Assembly (NCBI GenBank): GCA_012295275.1
Contig: CM022669.1
Location: 8,060,001 to 8,124,000, forward strand
From: Chrysomallon squamiferum
Lineage: Eukaryota > Animalia > Mollusca
Reading direction: 5' to 3'
DNA: 64,000 nt
In this document: piece by piece, positions 25,221-38,324 of the stretch
Layout of the letters: every line of letters begins with the position of its first letter
How positions within the stretch are numbered: the first letter of the stretch is position 1
Translations under genes and position numbers: made by a program
Notes under the pieces: model-generated
The model's input: only the letters and a program-made list of their open reading frames with translations
The model's database searches: none
What the model was told of the DNA's origin: nothing

Positions 25221-25261
25221 GCGGCCATTTTGTGTCAGTGCAGTTGCAAGAATGACGTCAT
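25221..25261. promoter_or_regulatory. YY1-like motif plus a second perfect CRE palindrome upstream of the GPCR
   Basis: GCGGCCATTTTG at 25221-25232 and ATGACGTCAT at 25252-25261, ~450 bp upstream of the GPCR ATG. Confidence 0.5.
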
Positions 25262-25705
25262 CGTGTGTTGTGTTTTGTACATACATTTCTACTATATTTG
25301 TTTTCTGAAAAATAATAAATTATGACTTAAATGTTGATATTTAAGATGATGAAAGATATCTGCACGAGCCTCAGAAATAAAACATCCTTTATTTGTGTAT
25401 TCCCTCATAATATTATCAAATAAATAAAATAGTGATATCTCTGAAATTGTGAGAGATTAACCATACACACACAGAGAAAATATTAAGATGGAAGTGCTGA
25501 CACTATAATTATTTAAGTTATTGTCTCCTTGTTCCACAGGTACACTTTATATGTATGTATGTATGTATGTATGTATTTTTTTTTTTTTTTTCCAGATTAA
25601 TCACACAAATGTTTCATTCACTTTGATACAAATCAAGCTGGCAGAGATGACTTGTTACTCTAGTAAAGGTGATGTTTGACAAGACGGCGATCTTAACAAG
25701 ATATT

Positions 25706-27578
25706 ATGTCCCACACGGAACGCCTTGTCGAAGGGATTATTCTGATCATTTTGTCCTGTGTTTCCATCTTTGGGCATCTTTTATTATGGATAGTTATTTT
25801 ACGAAAATGTGGTTTAAGAGAATCGGCATATTATGTCATACTCATTCTGTCGAGCGCTGACTTGATCCTTTCCGTGCTGTGTATGCCCGTTACTGCTTAC
25901 AACATCTTCGCAGGCGACTGGATGTTATCCACGACTGTGTGCTCAGTTATTGGATTTATCACCATGGTTACTTTCGTAGCTAAAGTTATGTCTCTTGGTA
26001 TTATCTGTATTGAGTGTTATGTAAAACTTTGTAAGATATTTATTTACCCGAAGATATACAAACCGCGAAACATTCTTCTTATGAGTTTTGGTAAGTTTAT
26101 TCAACAGGGGGAATTAAAAGAACAGTATAATTATACAACTTTTCTTCTTTTATTTCTATATATCTTCTTTTTTTTTTCTTCTTTTTTTTTTTTTATTTCT
26201 TTTTTTTATATATATTCTTTTTTTTTTTTTTCTTTTTTTTTTCACTCTTCTTTCTTTCTTTAAAATAGATTTGTTTTAGATGACATAAACAACGAATTCA
26301 TATAAATTAGTATATTATGGTCGTTTTGAGTTAAATGAATCAGTTTGTAATATGAATTATATTAAACTAATATCTCTGGTTCTCTGGTTTGATTATGTAG
26401 GAAGAGAATTAATTTGCAAAGACTGAGTAATCGTACTCCCAATGCACATACAAATTTTGTTTGCCTTAATTCTCTTTACATGTCAAACTAGCAAGCAGTT
26501 CGTGCAAAATGTCTTGTAATAAAACCCCAACAAATATTCACCGTATGACCAATGAAATTTCAGCTTGCAACAGAAAACTAGACAGTAATGAGTGCCTCAG
26601 TTATTTGATATTATATGTGGGCATACCGATCATATTTGTAATGTGTAGGCCTATAAGTAGCCTAGAATGATGTTTATATCGACGACGTATGTTATATCAT
26701 ATTATTAACAAGAAAGCAAAAGCAAAAGTTTGTGTCTGCGTGGGCTTCAACCACCGGTGTGTCTGCGTGTGTGTGTGTGCGTGCGTGTGTGTGTGTGTGT
26801 TTACTGTCATACTTTAGTATTAACAAAATAGCAACAACATAAACAAAATACTTATTTTAATGTATTTCTTTCGTCATTTACAGGAGTGTGGTCCTATTCG
26901 ATTATGGTTGCAGTGCCGCCGTTTTTGGGCTGGGGAAAATATACACTGCTTCCTTCACTGTCGCTTTGTTTCCTCGACTGGAAACAGTCAGCCTCGTACT
27001 CACTTTTCGTGTACTTCATCTGTTTTTCTGGTCCGTGCTGTATCATGATATTTTGCTACTATAATATAATAATACTGGTAAGAAGAAGAGGAATTCAGTT
27101 GTTTGCTAGAAGGGAGTTTGATCATTCTCTTCGCAGGCTGAGCTCAGAGTCTGGCAACGAGATGAATAAACAAAGACGTCTTTCCATAATATATCCCTGT
27201 AGTCATAAAAAAAACAAAGAGCCAGTTGCTAGTGAGGACATGGATTCCTCGTGCGAGCGGTGCCTTGCACGTCGCCAAATGCACAAGAAACGACAAGAGG
27301 ACTACAAACTCGCTACATCGATTATGCTCGTTGTCTTAACGTTCATCATGTGTTGGCTGCCTATCGCTATAAATATGTTAATGGTTATTTTCTCTGACAT
27401 TGAATTACCTAGGTTTATGACGATGTTTGCCCTCCTGCTGGGATTTTCTAACAGCACTGTCAATGTGTTCATATATGGTTTCATGAACGCACCAGTGAAA
27501 CATGGATTTATAAGAATTTTAAGACGTATTTTGTTCATGGGTACTCTTCCTGAAAGCGAAGCAAGCAGTTTTTATTGA
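25706..27578 (+). CDS. Class A (rhodopsin-like) orphan GPCR, 359 aa, two coding exons, atypical motifs
   Basis: Exons 25706-26090 (G|gtaagt) and 26884-27578 (cag|GA) join in phase 1. Seven hydrophobic segments; LSSADL (D2.50), C3.25, W4.50, PPFLGW...CFLDW ECL2, FIMCWLP (CWxP), NSTVNVFIY. An in-frame TAA 4 codons upstream fixes the start. Confidence 0.92.
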
Positions 27579-27585
27579 AATGATA

Positions 27586-27586
<1 letters not shown>

Positions 27587-27657
<71 letters not shown>
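27587..27657. repeat. (CT)n microsatellite immediately after the GPCR stop codon
   Basis: About 35 CT units seen directly. Confidence 0.95.
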
Positions 27658-27660
<3 letters not shown>

Positions 27661-28625
27661 CATATTTCTCTCTCTGTCTCTCTCTCTGACTATATTTCTT
27701 CATCTTTATTAAAACTTTCTTTAACTTATGATGATATGCTTGCAGTGGATATCACTATTCATGTAATAACAATATTGTTAAATGTTATGATTAAATTTCA
27801 ACATCTTACAAAACCAAAATTAAGTAAAATGTTTTTTGTTTTTTTTTAAACATAAAATTGTGTGTGTGTGTGTGTGTGTGTGCGTGCGTGCGTGCATGAT
27901 ACTAATGCTACTACTAATAATAAAAAACTATTCAAATACAGTATCATGATTCAGAGTGTTTAAAATGTATGAAGATGACCCACACAAACATGTAATATAA
28001 TAATTACAATTGTATCATGATCCTGTATACCCTGAAGACGGACAAGTCTTTAACGGTTCGCGATTTTACTGAATCTCCACCGTCTGTTACACTAAGTGAA
28101 GAAAAGTTAAATCAGAAAACAGTTGCATTAAGTCGATTTTTTTATTTATTTATTTATTTACATGCTCATATTCTGCTGTGTGTGCTATCAGTGGAGGAAA
28201 GGGAGAAACTGGAAGCTTTCTTTTGTAAAAACTCTAAAAAAGATAAATAAATATTTACGTTTTTCTGAATTTTTATCGTTTGTATTAGAGTTAGTTCTTT
28301 CTATATAACCCACCTGCACAAAATAAAGAAACAAACAAAGAATGAAACGGATAAAATTAAAATATAGATATTTTTCTTTCTAATTGTCAAGTTGACACAA
28401 ACATTTATCTTACTTTCATTTTCTATATTTTTATCTTGTTTCTTCTTATTCTTTTTGTTTCCTTCACATACTTCTTATTATGTCTTATATTGTTATTTAT
28501 ATATGCTTCTTTATTTGTTTTTACTTGATTCCTATTGTTTCTTCTTACTCTTCTGTCTTCTTATTTCTTATTTTCTATCTTCTTTTGTTGTTTTGTTGGG
28601 TGTTTTTTTTCTATATATCCTTTGC

Positions 28626-28627
<2 letters not shown>

Positions 28628-28689
<62 letters not shown>
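28628..28689. repeat. (TTA)n microsatellite
   Basis: About 20 units; produces spurious poly-Y/I/L ORFs. Confidence 0.95.
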
Positions 28690-31044
28690 TTATCTATTCA
28701 TATTTTTGTTTATTTATTTATTAAGTTTAAAACGGGATATATATATATATATATATAATATTAGAATAAACTATAAGTATGTGTCGAAAATGATATGTTT
28801 TTCACAGTTCCTAATTTTCAAACAGCAGAATTTTCATAACTTAAAGTTAAAAATCTGTATAGTTACAGTTTGTTCAGAGATAAAACTATATATATGCATG
28901 GATTATTCTCTACATTATCAGCTATTTTAATAAAACAGTTATTTTTAATATACTGATACCTACCTTTCTACTGATAATTTTGTGAATTAGTATTTCAGTT
29001 TATGCTTTTGTTAATAATAGAAATCGCCATGAATCCCGAGTCAAAACTGTCCCACTAATTAATTTTTATTTATTTATTCTTTATTTATTTTTTCTTTCTT
29101 TCTTTATTTTTTCTTTTACTTACTTATTTATTCTTACGTTTTTCTTCTACAACTGAAATAATTTTGGTAACAAACGAATTGTTGAGAAATATTTCGAGTA
29201 TAGACGATTTTCTCGAACAATTAAGAATGTTACAAATTTTAATTATCATTACATTAGCAAATAAAACTGTATTTTATCATAAACTTCTACGAACTGTTTA
29301 TTGCTGCTGTTGGTGTTATTAAAAAAGAGAGTGAAATCTAATTTTCTCATTTAACTTTTTTATGTAATTCGATTTAAATAATATGAAAAATTAAAAGTTT
29401 GTCATTGTATTCTTTTATTATTATTATTATTATTTATTAATTAATTAATTATTTAATTTATTTATTTAAAAAATAAAATAATTCAAATTCACATGAAATA
29501 TTAAATAACTTATTGAGTTTTAGATATTTTGTTTTCTTCAATGTGTGGTTTTATTGCGACTGGATGCATATGGGTTGGTTATGCAGTATATGTGCTTTAT
29601 CCATAAGTCATATTTATCTATTGTTGTTGTTTTATACAGCAGTTACTGAGTAAGTCCTTTTTGTTTAGTGAGGGTTATTATTAAACAAATTTTGGGGGGG
29701 TGGGGATTGCTGTAATTTATTTTTTATAAGTCCATATTAAAGTCAGTTTATGCCCTTAAATATTAGACGTTTAATCAAAATGTATCTTATACACAGTTAA
29801 AATGTACTCATGTAGCATTGTTATTACAGTCGGACAGCATAATGTGGAAATTATGCCGGATAAAAACACCACAATTTGAAGCTTTACGGTAGGTCTGTGA
29901 AAAGAGCGCTCTCATTTAAATATCGATTAAATTGAATTTCTTTAAATTCTTTGAAACCAACATTTTCTCTCTCTTTTTTACTACTGTTGTGATAGTGTAT
30001 TTTGTTGGTATACAAAACTTTTAGTAGAATTTAATTATTCTGTCGTTTCCTTTCACTTTTTAAAAGGTATGGAGGTTGTTATTGTTTTTGGCAATTTAGG
30101 GTCATTTGTTTTCTTTCCGGTTATTTGCCAACATTTAAGAAATCATTGTGAATGGGGGAATTTACAAAAGCAGAGAAGCTATGGCTTGTTATGTTTATAT
30201 TTTTTTGAACGTAGAATAAGTTATGGTGAATTGAGTTGCATATTGTTTAATTCGTGCAGAAAATCAAGCATGAAAGTCATCATTTTATTTTCCTTTTACG
30301 AATCAAAGCAATGACAGAAAAAAGTAAACAACTTTGGAAAATCTGTGGAATAATTTCAGTATAAATGGGCAGTCTTTGGTTAGGTAAAACGAAAGTAGAT
30401 TTGAAAAAGCTTTACAAAGCGTTTAAAGCAATTGTGTTAAATGAATTTGATAAAAATTGGATAATTATTTAAATACATAAACTTAATAAAGATAAATTAA
30501 TAATCATAAAGTGAATTAACAGCATATTTTATTAATCCTTGAAAAAGAATGAATTAAGAATTTGTTTAAAGAGATTAGTTATCATAAGATTACTGTGTAT
30601 TAGTTTATTCTGATATAGACATCTAATATATGTAATTCAAATGAACCAACAGTTGGTATTTTAATAAAGAACAGCAAATAATAACAACATTTATGTTCAA
30701 TAAATCATGAATTATTTGTTTGTGTATATAGATATGTACCAGTGTGCCTTTATTTCTATCTGTCTATCTATATATCTATCTATGTATCAACAGTTTAGTA
30801 ATGTGTTGTAAAATAAATTACAAATGTTATTTTACTTTCAGTTTTGCTTTCTTAAGATGATTTACATTTGTTTTATTTTAAGTAACAACAATATGGTTCA
30901 GTTATTATTATTGTTATTATTATGCAGCAGCTACAAGAACAACAGCAGCTACTGCTGTTACTGCTGTTATCAGTTTAGTATTATTTTTGTTTACACAGAA
31001 TAAAAACATTTGTTATTTTAAGTTTGTGACAAAGTACAGACAGT

Positions 31045-33537
31045 ATGATCCAGCCTGCGATTGAGAAAACTGAACGTCAGCTGAGGGTGAAAAGTCGACA
31101 GGGAACCCGCATGCGAGTTGTGAGAGAACTGTATCTTCGTGAGGATGTACCGTGCTGCAGTGCACAATGTCGCCGTGGCTGCAAACCTTACTCAGGTGAA
31201 AACAGACGTCACTGAGCATTCATTATAATTTACATTTCATTTTACATTAGTTTATATACCAAAACATGTTTTAAAAAAAAAAAATAGCAATGATAGCAGG
31301 ATACACCTGCCAAATTCCAAATCTGTTTAACTTTGTTTGTAAAATTTTAAACCTGGATCATACCAACTGAATTAATGGGAAAATTGTGTGTTACAAAAAC
31401 ACACTACAAATATCACTAAGTTTATATTTCATATTATCTTTTTTTTTTTCTTCAGATAAGCTCAGCCAGCTGCCTGGAGACATCGCCTACTACGTTGTCC
31501 CTGACTGCTATGTTTCCAGAGATTATCTGGAAATATTTGAGTCTCCTGAAATACGTGGAATAATTTTCACCCAGTCAGCTGTTAATTTTGTAAGTCAGCC
31601 ATCTTATTTACCTTTGTTTCATACATTTCTTTTCTTTCTCTCTCTTTCATTTCCTGTTGAGCCTTCAAATTAATTCTTCATTATAATATATCTTACTCTG
31701 ATGCCAGATAGACAGTTCTTGTTTTTATGTCTGTGTATTAAAAGATGAGACGAGATAACCCACAGGATCAAGTCTCAGTTGTGTTATTTGTTTTGCATCT
31801 TATATTTTTCTGGCAATGATACACATACCAAAAAAACCTTTGCACCCAGACAATAAACAATTTCTTACACTTTAATATCATTGATAATCATTAATATTAA
31901 AATATGGTTATAGTATCATAACCAGCCATCAAAACCCTGACATTTTTTTAGTTCAGTGTAGCTGCCAGAAAGTAAATATTTGTAGCATTTTGCATCAGTG
32001 CCTACAGAAAGAATTAAGCAGTCTTATTAATTAGAATATTGAAAATTTAATGACACTGTTCTTACAGATACAGTCTGAAGAAAGAAATAGTTTTCTTTAG
32101 TTGAATTATGGGTAATTGTTGGTAATATTTATTCAGGTCCAGTTTGAAGGAAGCAAGCGTCTGTCTCTGCGACTGAAAGAACTTGTGAGTGATCACAGGA
32201 AGGGATCTGTTGTTTTTAACAATGAATTTCAGAAATACGCATACTGTGAACGAAAACCTGGTGAAGATTTTCAACAGTGGCAGTGTAGGTGAGACTCAAA
32301 TGTTTTATTTTGTTTAAAAAGAGTTTATTGTCAGACTTACAATTCAAAAGTAATTACCATTACCTTTATGAAAGTACTTTATCTGAAAACTATCACATCA
32401 TGAACATTAGTGTATGCTGTTGTAGTTGTGAAGTGTATTTGTTTAGTTGTTGTGTTCGAAAATTTCAAATTAATAACCCAATATTATACCAAATCTGAAA
32501 AATAATGAAGTCGGAATAACAATAAGATTTTTTGTTTTTGTAACAGTCCTTAAATATCTCTGTTTGTTACGCGTAAACAGTAAATGTGTTTATCTGTTTT
32601 TATTATTATTGTGGTAGATCAATTAATACTGTTTCTTTAGTATTATTTGTAGTATTAGTAATTGTTATTATTATTATTATTATTATATTTTATATTATTG
32701 TAATATGTATTATTTATTTTTGTTTCGTCTGCTAGAAGCACATATCAGACATGTTTATGGTACAATGAACATTTTGGTGGTCAGATTCCTATTGTCATGG
32801 TTACACAGAATGAAGAGGTACACAAATCTTTATCTTTCTCATTTATCTGAAACAAAAACAAATCTAAGAAAAATCTATTTATTAATCAGAAAGAAGAAAC
32901 ATTTAGATGTTATTAACTTAGGTGGGTTGTTCTTAAAAAATATATATATATTTTTTCCTAATTTCAATGTTTAAAAATTATAGAACTTATTATATATTAG
33001 TATATCAATAAATTTACATCTCACCTCATTTCTTTATTTTATTTAAGAAATACAACAAGAGTAGTTAAATATTAACTGAATTTAATTTATTTCAAGAAAA
33101 GAAAAACACATTAAAAAATAGAAGAGTGTGCAATGGTGATAGCTTGAATTATTCAAGATGCAACATCAAATGTGCTCATCAGTGAATAACCAGAATTTTG
33201 TTTATTATGTGACCTTCTCACAAACAGCAAAAAATATCACATTTTTTTTGGATAAACTGAAACGGATCAGTGGACTGAGTGTGTAAGACTGACCAATCAT
33301 GCTACATCAACATAAAATTTTATTTTATTTTTCAGGCCATTAGTGAATACACTAACAGGACACTGAATGTTTTTATTTTGACAATGAAGCAGTATCTTGA
33401 TAATTTCTGGTCAACAGTTGCTGGGATTTCAGATTTGTATGACTCTTTAACTGCAGCAATCAAAACAAAAAATAGAGGTGATGTTAAAATTTTGAACATT
33501 ATTGTTATTGTTATTGTTGTTATTATTATTGTTGTTA

Positions 33538-33572
<35 letters not shown>

Positions 33573-36500
33573 ATTATTATCATTGTTTCTATTGTTATTG
33601 TTATTGTTGTTATTATTGTTATTATTATTATTATAAGATGATTATAATTATCACCTTTTTTTATTAAATAAATTTGAAAATTGCATAATCTTCTACATCT
33701 TGTTTTTCTTCTTATTATTATTTTCATTATTGTTACTGTTATTATTATCATCATCATTATTATTATTACAATTATTATTCTTATTATTATTATTATGATG
33801 ATGATGATGATGATTATAATTATTGTTGTTGTTGTTGTTATTTTATTATTATTATTATTATTATTAATTTTCAGAGAGAGACTATGCAGGATATTTACCT
33901 GTGGATGTTTTGGAAGCTGGTGTGAAATCTGGCCGATTTATTCGTGGAACTCTGAATGTAAACAAACATAATTCAATGATAGAAGCTTTCGTGAAGAGAA
34001 CAGAGTAGGTATATCATTATCTCAGGGGGTGGGGAAGTAACTTCTTTAGCTACTTTTAGTTAAAATTGTAAGTGTAATGCCTCTATTCTTTCAAAGATTC
34101 TGAAGGTGTAATTACATTTGTTTTATAAGAATAATACATACATTCATATATATATATGTGTGTGTGTGTGTGTGTCTGTGTGTCTCTTTTTTGAAAGATA
34201 GATTCAGCCAGACAGATAAATTGTAATAAACCTTCTCTGAGGTGTTGTCTTTTTGTTTTGTTGTTTTGTAGAAGTGATCTGAAAGAAGAAACAGATTCAG
34301 ACATTTTGATTTATGGTCAGTCATCACGCAATCGTGCGGTTCACGGCGATGTTGTGGTAGTTGAAGTTCTCCCACGCAGTCAGTGGAAAGGTCGATCTAC
34401 TGATATCAAAGAAGAGGAAGATATTGCAGGTTATGTATTTTTACTATAGACATGGAGTAGTAGTTGGAACTAGAAATTAGCCATCAAGTTCATCACTTAG
34501 GATGGATCCCATTATCAGTTGCTCCTCTGAAGTTAACATCTCATTCATCTTTAAATAGTTAACAGTCAGCCATTTTGTCAAATCAGATTAAAATGTTGAG
34601 ACATCCTGTTGCAGATAATTGTTATATTCATTATTAAAATGAAATTTTTTCAGGATTAAAAGATGACGATGTTGATACCTGTGAGGCTGAGGAAACCACG
34701 AAGGTGATGCCAACAGGTGTAGTGGTAGGAATTCTTCAGAGAAACTGGAGAGATTACGTAGTATCCTTCTCAGCTGATCAGGTATTTGAAATAGACATTT
34801 CATTAAAATACTTAATTATAATTTGTATGTGATAATTATTTTATATGTGTATATAAATTATGTATAATCTGTATATCAGATTAGGCTGATCAGGTATTTG
34901 AAATAAACATTTCATTAATGTATATTCAGAATAATTAATGTATACTTTGTATGTTCATAATCATTTTATTTGTGTATGTAAATTGTGTTTATCATATATG
35001 TACTTAAAAATCAACATTTTATTAATATGTACAGTGTATATTTCCTATATATTTAATATTTTTAAATATTTTTATTTATTTATTTATTTGTTTCTATCTT
35101 TGTTTGCTTATTTATTTTATTTATTTATTTATTTATTTATTTTATTTATTTATTTAGATTATTCCAATATATATCTACTAATTAAATATTATTTTACTGA
35201 CTGTTTTCCAAGGTATTACAGATAAGCCTATCAATGTATCAGTGAATAGTGTAATTTAATTTTAATTTTATTTTAAATCTAGGGAAGTCAGACGAACACA
35301 AACCTTGCTGGTAAAGTTCTGGTGATTCCCTGGGATTATCGCACTCCTAAAATTCGCATCAGCACTCGACAGATTGAAAGTCTCCGAGACGACAGGTAAA
35401 ATATAAAACAAAAACGTCTACACAATGTCTTACTTCATCAAAGCAGTCCTGTTAAAAACACAAATATTATTTAAATTAAAATACTGTTTTTTGATACATG
35501 GCTATTATTTGTTTGTTGAAGATGAATTACTACAGACAAAAAAAATTGTTGAGTAGTTACATTCTTGTTTCTGCTGCTTTATGTTTAATGCAGACCATTA
35601 TATTTTTGAAAACTTCTAAAAAAAACAATTTATTTTTTTGAAGTTGCCTCACCTGTAATTAAAGTTTCTGTAAATGATAACATTTGTTGCTCTTATGTGT
35701 TTTGTTTATAAAAATAAATTATTAATAAATCTTATTTGATTTTAAAATTCGACCATTTAAATAGTTTGATTGTTCCATGGGGTGTTTTTCACTTTATCCT
35801 AACGGTTTTTATTGATTAATTTTTAGAAAACAAGTTTTTTTTTCTTCAAATTTTATCACCTGTAATTAAAGTTTCTGTAAAGTTTGATAACATTTGTCAC
35901 CTTTTATAGATAATCAGGAGTTATGTCCCACCCTTCACAGAAAAACATTGTGTTTTTGTTTGATAATTTTTAACAAAATGTTTGTAATTAAATCTTCAGA
36001 AACAATCTTGAGTTTGATAGACTTTTTTCACCTTTTTATAGATAATCAGGTTTATGTCCCACCCTTCACATTGATTCAGGGGTGTTTGATTCACAGTATC
36101 TTTTTATAGATAATCAGGTAGTTTGTCCGAATCCTTCACAGACAGATTGGTGACTTTGATAGACACATTTCTCACCTTTTTATAGATAATCAGGTAGTTA
36201 TGTCCCACCCTTCACAGACAGTCAGGTGAGTTTGATAGACACGTTTCTCACCTTTTTATAGATAATCAGGTAGTTATGTCCCACCCTTCACAGACAGTCA
36301 GGTGAGTTTGATAGACACATTTCTCACCTTTTTATAGATAATCAGGTAGTTATGTCCCACCCTTCACAGACAGACAGGTGGATTGAACACACAGGGACAC
36401 TTATCAGTGAGTAGATATGTCCAGTAAATAACCTACTTTTTAAGACATTTTGTTTCAATTTGAACTGAATACTCCAAAATAATATTAATTATTATTTCTG

Positions 36501-38284
36501 TATTTCCTTTATAGACAGACAGGTGGACAGAACATTAGGGACATTATCAATTATTATTATTAACCTATTTTTATTATTTTGTTTATTTGAACTGAATATC
36601 AAAAGTTATTTATTATTATTTGTTATTATCATTACTATTATTATTATTATCATCATCAACATTTCTGTTATTATTATTATTACAATACCATATTATTTAA
36701 TTGTTATTATAATAAATATTATTAATTATTATTATCAAGATCAATTAAATATTGTTGTTATTAACTCAGAACCATATTATTTAATTATATTATAGTCGAT
36801 GTATTTATGAGTGTCATAGTGTTATTATTTATTTTTAAACTAGCTGAAGGAACTGCCAGCAGACTCACCTGACAAGCCATGGTGCATGGAGGAAGAAGAG
36901 GTCAAAGGTCGATGTGACCTGAGAGACTCTCATCTCGTGTTCAGCATTGACCCAAAAGGTTGTGAAGATGTTGACGACACTTTGTCCATTAGGTAACCAC
37001 GAGTATTTCACTAACAAAGTTTAATAAAACTAACAGCAGCAGTAACACAGTGTAAATATTCCATTAGGTCTTTTATAACAACATTTACTATGTTTAATAA
37101 CGGTAATAATACAATATGTGCACTCTCTGTTAGGTAACCACGAGTATTTCAATAACAAAATTTAATAAAACTAACACAGTACAAAACACTAAATATGTAG
37201 ATTTAGATTTACCTCCCTTTAACTCTGACTATATATTAAAGTTATATATGCCTTGATTTATGCATCCACTATTTAATTGTTAGCTACTAGTAAAAATGTT
37301 CATTTGAATCTAGAAGAGGTCTAAACAGGAATACTTGTTTCTAATTTCAGACAACTTCCTAATGGCAACTATGAACTTGGAGTCCACATCGCCGATGTCA
37401 CTCACTTTGTGAGACCTGGGTCTCTGTCAGACACAGAGGCAAAGTCGCGAGCAACGTCAGTATACCTGGCAGACCGCAGGTACGACATGCTTCCCTGCAT
37501 CCTCAGTGCCAACCTGTGTTCTCTGATAAGTGGAGTGGATAGGTAAGTGTAATTAGAAAATATTCAAGTATGTTGAAAATGTATCAGTTGTGGTGCATGC
37601 TGAAGATGGTACAAATTAAGTTTGGTACAAATTAATTGTGGTACAAATCAAGTATGGGACAAATCACATGTGGTACAAATCAAGTTTGGTACAAATTAAT
37701 TGTGGTACAAATCAAGTATGGTACAAATTAAGTATAGTACAAATCAAGTATGGTACAAATCAAGTATAGTACAAATCACATATGGTACAAATCAAGTATG
37801 GTACTAATCAAGTATAGTACACATAAAGTGTAGTACAAGTTAAGTATGGTACAAATCAAGTTTGTTACAAGTCATGTATGATAGCTGACAAATGTTGTTA
37901 AAAGTTGACTTTGGTATTAAACTGATACATTAAGCATGATGTGTAATGTCTAGTATGTGACAAGAGTGGTGGTTGGGGGGGTTTGTTTCATACATACATT
38001 TCACATGGTATACACTGAGTTTTTATATTTGACAGATATGCAGTTAGTGTGATGTGGGAGTTGTCACAAGATTACGAAGTTGTCAACGTTCACTACACAC
38101 GTTCTGTTATAAGATCTTCATACAAGTTACATTATGAGGCAAGTTGTTTTTTATCTGGGTTTTTTAATTGTTTAATTTAGTATTTGTTTATATGTTTGTT
38201 TTGTTAGAATCTGTTTATTAATATTTATATATTTAGTTTGTTATTTGTTTGTTATTTATTTAGGTTTTTTTTTAATTTAGTTGT

Positions 38285-38324
<40 letters not shown>

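Noticed and set aside
24942-25286. 114-aa minus-strand ORF upstream of the GPCR
   Set aside because: No recognisable domain or supporting exon structure; it overlaps the likely promoter region.
25706-27578. GPCR as an opsin (opsin-like PPFLGWGKY...CFLDW loop)
   Set aside because: Position 7.43 is Phe (GFSNSTVN), not the retinal-binding Lys.
28392-28930. ORFs with poly-Y/I/L runs (similar ones at 33279-33971, 50404-50694, 52118-52417, 54310-54650)
   Set aside because: They are translations of TTA/ATC/poly-A microsatellites. Where real exons are embedded, only the exon part is coding.
34761-34769. GTATCCTTC resembling a U12 5' splice site
   Set aside because: It lies inside conserved coding sequence (DYVVSF), and the exon ends at a normal donor at 34782. 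No U12-type introns were found in any of the genes.
36158-36380. Regular 76-bp array as a possible CRISPR-like locus
   Set aside because: Units are near-identical over their full length with no unique spacers, the context is a eukaryotic intron, and there are no cas genes.
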